The notes under the pieces: generated by a model
Told to the model about the DNA's origin: nothing
The model's input: the letters and a program-made list of their open reading frames with translations, nothing else
The model's database searches: none
DNA from: Myxococcota bacterium
Lineage (GTDB): Bacteria > Myxococcota_A > UBA9160 > UBA6930
Length of the DNA stretch: 64,000 nucleotides
NCBI GenBank assembly: GCA_965223705.1
Contig: OZ245015.1
Location: forward strand, 1,600,001-1,664,000
Reading direction: 5' to 3'
Shown: positions 51,201-55,395 of the stretch, in pieces
Position numbering within the stretch: the stretch's first letter is position 1
Layout: the number at the start of each line of letters is the position of its first letter
Position numbers and translations under genes: made by a program

Positions 51201-53466
51201 CCGACCCGCGATTGTCGCCGTTCGCGAGGCTCGATACTTCCGCCGTGCTCAGCGCAGTTCCGAAGATCTGTACCGAATCGAGAGATCCACCGAAGAAACG
51301 ATCGGCGTTCAGGTCCTGTCGGGCGCCCAGATAGAGCGGCCCCGTCGGATGGACACCGTCGGTCCCTCGCGTTGCGTCCGATGCAACACTCACGCCGTCG
51401 ATGAAGACCTCGATCCCGCTACTACTCACGGTGGCGGAATACGTGTGCCAAAGGCCATCTCCGACGAGGGGGAGTATGTCGACATCAAGCGCAGCGTTAT
51501 CGAGTGAGTCGTTCGCATCCCGGATCACCGTCCGAAGCTTTGCCGGGTGCGTGTCGTGCGAGGCTTCGCTGATGAACACGTTGACGCTGTTCATCGCATC
51601 GATATCACCGTGGCTGTAGAGATACTGAAAAAGGGAGCCGGAGATGTCGTCGAGCTTGAAGTCGAAGGCGATCGTGAACTCGCCCGAGTAATCGACGTTC
51701 GAGATGGAGACATAGTCGTCGGTCCCGTCGAAGGCGAGCGCATCGCCGAAATTCCCAGCGACCGTCGACGCGCCGTTCACGGTTCCGTCGGCGGACCCGA
51801 CTGCGTCGAGGGCGTCGCCGTCGAGCGCCCAGGAGTGCTGCAAGTCCGCTGCTGCGTCTGTGATGAGGTAGTCGAAGGTGTCGACGCCGACGTAGCTCGA
51901 GTCCGGCGTGTACGTGAACGTGCCGTTTCCATTGTCGACGACGGTTCCGTTGGCCGGCTGTGTGAACGAAATAACGCTCGTCGGGTCTCCATCCGCGTCG
52001 GTGTCGTTGGCCGTCGGGTCAAATACCAACGCGGTATCCATGGGTGTGGTGTAGGCGTCATCGACTGCGGTCGGCGCCGTGTTGGCAGGAGGGAGCGTTC
52101 CGAGCTGAGCGATCTCGCTGTCCGAGAGAGTCCGGTTGTAGAATCGCACCTCGTCGAGCTTGCCGTCGTAGTCGCCCGAAACGGGCGACGAGGAGCCGAA
52201 GCGAAGGTTCTCGCCGTTTGAAACCGAGCCGGTCGGACCCGACCACGTGTCGACATCGACTCCGTCGACGTGGAGCGTGAGCGAGCCACCATTGCGTTCC
52301 GCAACGACGTGGTGCCAATTCCCGTCGAGGAAGCCGCTTCCCCAAACAGCCTCGAACAAGGAGCCGTCGCTCACGCCGAAGTTGATGTAGCCGGCATTGT
52401 CGACGTAGACGACGAAGCCGGGGTCGCTACCCGTCGCCAGCTTTCCAAGAATACGCTCGGTGCCGGCGGGCGCACCGGATTGCTGGAACCAGAAGCTGAT
52501 CGAGAAATCGCCGGTGCCGAAGTCGAGGTGGCCGTCTACGGGGTCGGCGACTTCGACGCCGTCGGAGTCGCCCGAAAACTCGAGCGCGCCCGCCATCACG
52601 CCCGCGACGTGGGTGGGGCCCGGCGTACCGTCGTGGGTCCCGTCGGCGCCATAACTCGTGCTGTCGACGGCAGTCGTCCCCGAGCCCTCGTCGAAGGCAT
52701 AATGCGCGACGAGCCCGTCCGAGAGCGCGAGCAAGCCCTGCCACTGCGCGCCTTGTTCGGCCTGGAGCTGAGTCTGGGTCTCGACTTCACCCACGGTGTA
52801 TTCGAGGACCCAGTCGCCTCCGAGCGTTGCCGCTCCGGTGAGGTCGTCGCTCGCCGCGACATCGGCGCCGGTGAGCTTCGCAACTTGATCGATGAGCGAG
52901 TTTCCGTCGCCACCGTCGGCGAGCTCGCAACCGTAGAACAGGAGATCCGCGTCCTCCGCGAGCGAGGTCGACCAGCTGGTGAGCTCGTTCTCGTAAATGG
53001 AAAGCGTGTCGTTCGAGAGCCACGAATTCCCGAGCTGCACCGCCGCATCGCTGCCGTGGGAAATGATGTGCACCGCGTCTACGCGCTGGAAGTCCGCCAA
53101 GACCTCGCTGATCTGCTCGACGCCGTCGCGGTTCGATTCCAGGTAGAAGATCTCGAGTGACCTGCCTTCGGACGAGGTCGCGCGTAGATCCGCCACCAGC
53201 GATTCGTAGTCTTCGACCCCGGTGTCGACAAAGACCAACTCGAGTCGACGCTCTTCGGCCTGCGCATCGCTCGCGCTCTCGGGCTCGGCGGTCTCGAGGT
53301 TCAACGCAACCGGCGGGGTTTCTACCACGTCGGGCGGCGGAGGGACGTCCGCCGCGCCGGTCACCGTCGACAGAAGAATGCGCGGCTCGAGGGCTTCGAG
53401 CCGCGCGGTATCGCAAGCCGGGCGGACCGGTCGCTTGTGTTTTCGCCGCCGACGGGGAGGGGCCAT
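39211..53466 (-). CDS. Giant (~4,750 aa) repetitive adhesin-like protein: LEPR-XLL leader, DUF4347, LamG/pentraxin domains, C-type lectin domains, DUF642-like domain, cadherin and Ig-like (Big_9/tandem-95-type) repeats, hydrophobic C-terminal motif
   Basis: Uninterrupted 14.2-kb ORF. ATG 53466 with GGAG RBS is preferred over GTG 53484. Motifs LEALEPRILLS; LVFVD...HIISHG...YGC...VAASDDLTG...GGDW; LamG WHHV/DEVRFY; lectin WLGAAD..EG.WRW; cadherin LDYE; NDAP repeats. Confidence 0.95.
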   Translation of the reverse strand: MAPPRRRRKHKRPVRPACDTARLEALEPRILLSTVTGAADVPPPPDVVETPPVALNLETAEPESASDAQAEERRLELVFVDTGVEDYESLVADLRATSSEGRSLEIFYLESNRDGVEQISEVLADFQRVDAVHIISHGSDAAVQLGNSWLSNDTLSIYENELTSWSTSLAEDADLLFYGCELADGGDGNSLIDQVAKLTGADVAASDDLTGAATLGGDWVLEYTVGEVETQTQLQAEQGAQWQGLLALSDGLVAHYAFDEGSGTTAVDSTSYGADGTHDGTPGPTHVAGVMAGALEFSGDSDGVEVADPVDGHLDFGTGDFSISFWFQQSGAPAGTERILGKLATGSDPGFVVYVDNAGYINFGVSDGSLFEAVWGSGFLDGNWHHVVAERNGGSLTLHVDGVDVDTWSGPTGSVSNGENLRFGSSSPVSGDYDGKLDEVRFYNRTLSDSEIAQLGTLPPANTAPTAVDDAYTTPMDTALVFDPTANDTDADGDPTSVISFTQPANGTVVDNGNGTFTYTPDSSYVGVDTFDYLITDAAADLQHSWALDGDALDAVGSADGTVNGASTVAGNFGDALAFDGTDDYVSISNVDYSGEFTIAFDFKLDDISGSLFQYLYSHGDIDAMNSVNVFISEASHDTHPAKLRTVIRDANDSLDNAALDVDILPLVGDGLWHTYSATVSSSGIEVFIDGVSVASDATRGTDGVHPTGPLYLGARQDLNADRFFGGSLDSVQIFGTALSTAEVSSLANGDNRGSVTVTVDPAAPSDLTVTATETGGLSLNEDGGSDAHLIADDGGAILGGATQFTYEVRFSYSDTSHNHELLSYMAADGDDSVRLSVFTNQNLLIEVANQTVQSSAFNYHSLADGEPHTLSVTWDASGGAWEVYVDGVSVDSGTGLAASQALAAGGTLVVGQDQDTVGGGYSSTEFLEGTLYDVRLFDDVRTAAEIATRYNSTVPHDESGLIANWQFDKLSGDGVITESVSGNNLTVAHAAGGGFTSSSPQLSLTVEENALNGTVVGTVSGTDAERDAQIAALLAADPDLYYDAHTAKFYKAVGSTTTWLTAQSAATGTTLGGVSGQLVTIRSAHENEVVNDIQLNSVIGGANTWLGAADIDVEGEWRWYEGATAGDHFWLGAVTGSSVDGTYSNWKSATAPNDNGLGEDAAYMLSDGTWEDNRDNVNFAYIIEWDAEAVLDGTQALTYSIQSQTVAGAFEIDGNSGTIRVADGTLLDYETDATHTVTIRTTDVDGNAYDEAFTISLRDLVEDNNAPTDLSSGIELNTDGGNDAYLVANDGGILLGGLSSLTYEIQFATSDTSSFTPLVSYATATNDNEFVFVFAGNDAYLYIADTDIHLTSIDYNTLRDGSVQHLAVTWENSSGSWAVYSNGELIESGTGIEIGNTIDPGGTLIIGNEQDALGGSFQSTQAFQGTLYDVRVWNEVRSHGEIAFNHQQKLDSGSLPSGLIANWQMDGFNGSSEVVDVVSGNNLSIGHAAGAGFTASTPVEDLHVSENAVDGTTVGFVVPSDPDSPQDIVGDGLFLSEGTSYQLLGAGSTIGPWTVQSGDVEVAGNTLESSLLGGNTIDLNGSTAGVIEQTLATEVGRQYQVVFALSGDWSGGDAVKDLRAAANGESQDFQISQPGDWSTTNLLWEHRSFTFTADSTATELTFASMDGANSYGPLIADVQVIEVPLAISTILNNDPTLSYDAATGKFYQVATTQANWSTALYVATTSTLNGISGQLVTIDSAYENEVVHDLAQTIGADIWLGAADQSTEGDWRWLSGAQENEAFWSGDSGGTAVSGQYVNWFVGEPSVDAGGGGDEDVARMLVASGQWADAEGIGVRPYIIEYDASQVLSNYAFSLTDDANGRFAIDGSTGAITVADASQLDYEAATSHDVTVEVTDAAGHSYSEVMSISVDNALEASQSLPGPQSVDENQILTFSSGNGNAVTVDDSVITANTEFQVNLSVDNGVLTLAQTTGLNFVEGSDGTGSFVVNGTESALNAALEGMTFTPDAGYNGAVTLNMTTALAADLQGHYTFTGGSAADQSAGTAQPAVLVGGADTTADVDRGEVLQLDAAGEYVRIDDLYGQPADVTLAAWVNFSSTAVNGGELISLGNDVAIRINDWSEGVSAFFYDGSTHQFIGSGTTMNAGEWHHVAFSFDDANDTQTLYIDGQVVATASYASSITWTGWFPQSTIGTHADVTDSSFDLLGMVDDARIYTQALSADEIAAIYAGDDVGSGTVAIAVNPVNDAPALDLDADDSAAAGVDFATSWTESNGPVAIVDADATLSDVDSSNLTSLAVTIANLLDGSAELLSADTTGTSILASYNPGTGTLLLSGSDSVANYQQVLRTVTYDSTSETPDETTRVITFVANDGSDDSPVATTSVTVMSDNDVNVITTTAGATTYTEQQAAVAIDSGLTLVDPDGAQGVDPSNLYTAVVQITGNYSADDTLGFTDTTTIVATDFGDRLVLSVRAGQTASVADFEAALRSVTFYNGSDAPSELIRTVSFTFDDGIDSGPTATKQIQLTAVNDAPVNTAPSTVSVLEDGTLAFTGGDSLQVGDVDALPTDTLRVQLNVGVGGLLSLGSTTGLSFSAGDGTSDANMVFTGTIAELNAALATLTFDTTADFTGNVNLMIATNDLGNSGIDPGVSGDASSEEDVDVLVIQVDPVNDAPVRTAGSVNNLVVAEDSGLTSLGLGALAYGAGGGSDESGQTLTYEVTVVPDPVYFGTIYLADDTTQVTTGTYSLAQIQGMQFQPAPNESGSFSFFSFRVTDSGGTANGGSDSLTETLRIDVTAENDAPLLGNNALVISEGATVVLSASNVSASDVETAAGLLEFTVSSVSGGRFEAVANPGVAITTFTQQQVLDGDIQFVHDGGEAAPSYAVTVSDGSLSDGPEAAAITFTNVNDAPTAAADAAAVLEGGTTTIDLAANDTDPDDGVDPTSIEIVGAPSNGSLVVNGDGTVDYTHDGSETTTDSFTYRIRDASGAVSNTATVSVSVTPQNDSPFIDLDADDSSGTPGSDFETTFFEGGGPVLISDGDVVISDSDHANLASMTVLITNLLDGASESLSADVTGTAISASYDSGTGLLTLSGSDTLANYQAVLETVTYHNASASPDLTDRVLQTVASDGGPIVSHLSNIATTTIRIVGLNDAPTAVDDAAAVNEGASVGIDLAANDTDPDNPLDLTSIQIVGAPANGSILVNGDGTVTYTHDGSETTTDTFTYTIQDLSGATSNVATVSITVNPVNDAPTAGADAAVVNEGQSVVIDVAGNDSDPDSALDLGSIVITTAPTNGTLIDNGDGTLTYTHDGSETVSDTFAYRIDDVSGSSSNIATVNLTINAVDDSPILDLDFDDSSEVGEDFSTTFTEGGGPVLVVDSDGFIGDVDSANLAWLTATITNLQDGSAEILSANTTGTSIVASYNAVSGILLLSGTDSLANYQQVLRTITYDNSSAAPNTTNRYIDFEVNDGTTTSNTAVTIVSVVAVNDAPTAVGDAAIVNEGSSVVIDVAGNDTDPDDGLDLSSITVTGAPANGSLVDNGDGTLTYTHDGSETTADSFTYTIRDLSGAVSNAATVNITVNPQNDAPTAVNDAAVVDEGAAVGIDLAANDTDPDNPLDLTSIQIVGAPANGSILVNGDGTVTYTHDGSETIADSFTYTIRDLSGAVSNTATVTITVTPQNDAPTAVNDAAVVDEGAAVGIDLAANDTDPDNPLDLTSIQIVGAPANGSILVNGDGTVTYTHDGSETTGDSFTYTIRDLSGAVSNTATVNVTVNPQNDAPTAVDDAALVDEGAAVNIDLATNDTDPDNPLDLTSVQIVGAPANGSIVVNGDGTVTYTHDGSETIADSFTYTIRDLSGAVSNTATVTITVTPQNDAPTAVNDAAVVDEGAAVGIDLAANDTDPDNPLDLTSIQIVGAPANGSILVNGDGTVTYTHDGSETTGDSFTYTIRDLSGAISNTATVNVTVTPQNDAPTAVDDAALVNEGAAVNIDLAANDTDPDNPLDLTSIQIVGAPTNGSILVNGDGTVTYTHDGSETTGDSFTYTIRDLSGAVSNTATVNVTVNPQNDAPTAVDDAALVDEGAAVNIDLATNDTDPDNPLDLTSVQIVGAPANGSILVNGDGTVTYTHDGSETTADSFTYTIRDLSGAVSNTATVNVTVTPQNDAPTAVDDAAVVNEGAPVNIDLVANDTDPDNALDLASIQIVGAPANGTVLVNGDGTVTYTHDGSETTADSFTYTIRDLSGAISNTTVNVAVTPQNDPPTAVDDAAVVNEGAAVGIDLAANDTDPDNPLDLTSIQILGSPANGSIVVNGDGTVTYTHDGSETTGDSFTYTIRDLSGSISNTATVNVTVTPQNDAPTAVDDAALVNEGAAVNIDLAANDTDPDNPLDLASIQIIGAPANGTVLVNGDGTVTYTHDGSETIADSFTYTIRDLSGAPSNTTTVNVTVNPQNDAPVLYADTFGVGEGAGPGSWVGQVVAVDPDPGDSVVYAIVGGNVDGAFAIDPSTGDVFVANPNALGNSGRTAFDLMISAEDSAGAIDSRAVRVEIEAKQVVATPEPEEVASAEPSPDEPKVETKVATPQKEERISTADAHLTLGQVNEVVREKRELHAAASDSGRFETRGLTLVEAERTSGGTSQVFEEEHDKAAKRYVHPAFLESIETLRSELTRQLEEEGADIEWVHRSFQSLAIAGATGLLSVIMRSSSLAAIGFSAVPLWKRADPLTVLSLNEDQRRELEASLKSAEDKERQLDSVLGSDPEADA
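40147..43023 (-). repeat. Ten tandem 288-bp coding repeats (96-aa Ig-like domains; one unit is 285 bp)
   Basis: Unit starts (Asn-Asp codons) at 43023, 42735, 42447, 42159, 41871, 41583, 41295, 41007, 40722 and 40434. Consensus NDAPTAVDDAA.V.EGAAV.IDLAANDTDPDNPLDLTSIQIVGAPANGS..VNGDGTVTYTHDGSET..DSFTYTIRDLSGA.SNTATV. Confidence 0.97.
43453..44760 (-). repeat. Three further diverged copies of the 96-aa repeat, interspersed with a longer Ig-like repeat
   Basis: Copies begin at 44760, 44028 and 43740. The longer repeat (LDLDxDDS...EGGGPV...ANYQxVL) occurs near 46730, 44470 and 43450. Confidence 0.85.
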
Positions 53467-53489
53467 GGGACGGACTCCAATCACACTGC

Positions 53490-53516
53490 AAATCGGTGCA
53501 ACGACAGTGAATCTGA
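53490..53516 (-). promoter_or_regulatory. Putative sigma28-type promoter of the giant adhesin gene
   Basis: Minus strand TCAG-N15-ACCGATTT, 23 nt upstream of ATG 53466. Same TT(C/A)AGA-N14-(T/A)CCGA pattern as the two che promoters. Confidence 0.4.
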
Positions 53517-53649
53517 ATCGAAAATTGAGGTCTAAATCACACGTTTATCATGAGAACTGGACATATCCGCTGGGGTTACAGTGCCCCACAACAGCGCGGA
53601 TTCCTCCACAAAGCCGCGATTTCCCTCATGAATCGACACGAATTCGTCG

Positions 53650-55395
53650 ATGACCGAAGCGATGACGCGCGCGTTCGACACGTGGCTTGCCGCCTTGTGC
53701 TCGGGGAGGTCCGGTGCACAGGCGACGCTGTGGCAGGCGAAGGCCGAGGGCGCTCTCGATCCGCTTGCACACCGGGGGGCGGAAGAGGGCACCCTCGAGC
53801 GGCACCGAATTCCGGCACAGACCGCGGCCGGGGCCGGCCGGCCGGTGATTCAAGCCGGGGACAACGCCGATTTGTTGGCCGCTGCGCACGGCGATTTCGT
53901 CGTGGTCCTCGAGCAATCGTCGACGTCGCCGCGCGAACAAGAAACCGCGCTTCGCGAGCTCGAGTCCGCGGTGCGTTGGTTGGTGTGGTCACGCAATCAC
54001 ACGCAGACGCCAGGCGCCGCCAAGCCCGACGAAGCTGACTTGCCAGAACTCGTCGACTTCGTGGCGCTGGCCCTCGAGCCGCAACCCGCCAAGGCCACAG
54101 CGCTCGCCCTCAGTACCGAGCTGGCGTCACATCTGTCGGCCGACCGCGTGAGTGTCGGGTACCGAGAAGCGCAGACGGTCAGCTTGCGCGCCGTCTCCCA
54201 CAGCCCCGCCGTCGATGCGCGCTCGGATCTCGTCCGCTCGATCGTGCAAGCGATGGAAGAAGCGATCGAGCAAGACGCCGTCATTCAGTGGCCGTCGCCG
54301 GAAGATTCCGGGCTGGCGCTCGGGGCGCATCGAGAACTGGCGAAGCGGCACGGCGCGGCGGCGGCCTGGTCCTATCCCTTGCGCCATGGCGATGAGATCA
54401 TCGGCGCTCTGTGCGTTGAGTTTCGCTCGCGCGGTCACGGTACGGAAGAGCGGCGCGCCTTCCTCGGTCGGCTGACGCCTCTCCTCGCGCCGATCCTCGA
54501 CCTCCGCGAGCGCGACGACGCGGGCGTTTGGAAGCGGGCGCGAATTCTCCTCGAAGAGGATCTCCCGCGCGCCCTCGGTTGGGAGCGCCTGCAGGCACGC
54601 TTCGCCTTCGCCGCGGTGGCCGCACTCCTCTTGCTCCTCGGCGTGATTCCGGGCACCCAGCGCGTGGCAGCGCCGGCAGAGCTCGAAGGGGTCGTCCAGC
54701 GCGCGATCGTGTCGCCGATGCCGGCCTTCGTGGCAGAGAGCCGCCGACGCGCTGGCGACACCGTACGCAGCGGCGAGGTGTTGGGTGTTCTCGACGACGC
54801 CGAGCTCCTTCTAGAACAACGCAAATGGAACGCGAAGCGCGAGCAGCGCTGGAAGGAGCTTCGCGCGGCGATGGCCACCGAGGATCGTGCGAACGTTCGC
54901 ATCCTGCGGGCGCAAGTCGATCAGGCCGACGCGGAGCTCGAGCTCGTCACCGAGCAACTCAAGCGGACCCGACTCGTCGCTCCCTTCGACGGCATCATCA
55001 CCCAGGGCGATCTGTCGCAGTCGCTCGGCTCACCCGTCGATCGCGGCGAAGTCTTGTTCGAAGTCGCGCCTCTCGATGACTTTCGGGTGATCGTCGAAGT
55101 GGACGACCGCGATATTTCTCAGATCGAAATCGGGCAAGCCGGGGCGCTGACCTTGGCATCGCTGCCCGGAGAACCGCGCGCTTTCCGGGTCGAGCGCGTA
55201 ACGCCCATCTCGACGGCGGAAGACGGCAGAAACTATTTCCGCGTGGAAGGGGCGCTGACAGAGGCATCGACGGAGCTTCGACCCGGGATGGACGGCGTCG
55301 CAAAGATCGACGTCGGGCGCCGCAGCTTGCTCTTCCTGCTCACGCATTCGGCCATCGATTGGGTCCAACTCAAGTGGTGGGCTTGGGTGCCCTGA
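53650..55395 (+). CDS. GAF-domain-containing HlyD-family membrane fusion protein
   Basis: Cytoplasmic GAF-like region (ADRVSVG, AMEEAIEQDAVI, IIGALCVE), one TM, then an MFP (RAGDTVRSGEVLGVLDD, coiled coil, LVAPFDGII, LRPGMDG). Confidence 0.85.
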   Translation: MTEAMTRAFDTWLAALCSGRSGAQATLWQAKAEGALDPLAHRGAEEGTLERHRIPAQTAAGAGRPVIQAGDNADLLAAAHGDFVVVLEQSSTSPREQETALRELESAVRWLVWSRNHTQTPGAAKPDEADLPELVDFVALALEPQPAKATALALSTELASHLSADRVSVGYREAQTVSLRAVSHSPAVDARSDLVRSIVQAMEEAIEQDAVIQWPSPEDSGLALGAHRELAKRHGAAAAWSYPLRHGDEIIGALCVEFRSRGHGTEERRAFLGRLTPLLAPILDLRERDDAGVWKRARILLEEDLPRALGWERLQARFAFAAVAALLLLLGVIPGTQRVAAPAELEGVVQRAIVSPMPAFVAESRRRAGDTVRSGEVLGVLDDAELLLEQRKWNAKREQRWKELRAAMATEDRANVRILRAQVDQADAELELVTEQLKRTRLVAPFDGIITQGDLSQSLGSPVDRGEVLFEVAPLDDFRVIVEVDDRDISQIEIGQAGALTLASLPGEPRAFRVERVTPISTAEDGRNYFRVEGALTEASTELRPGMDGVAKIDVGRRSLLFLLTHSAIDWVQLKWWAWVP

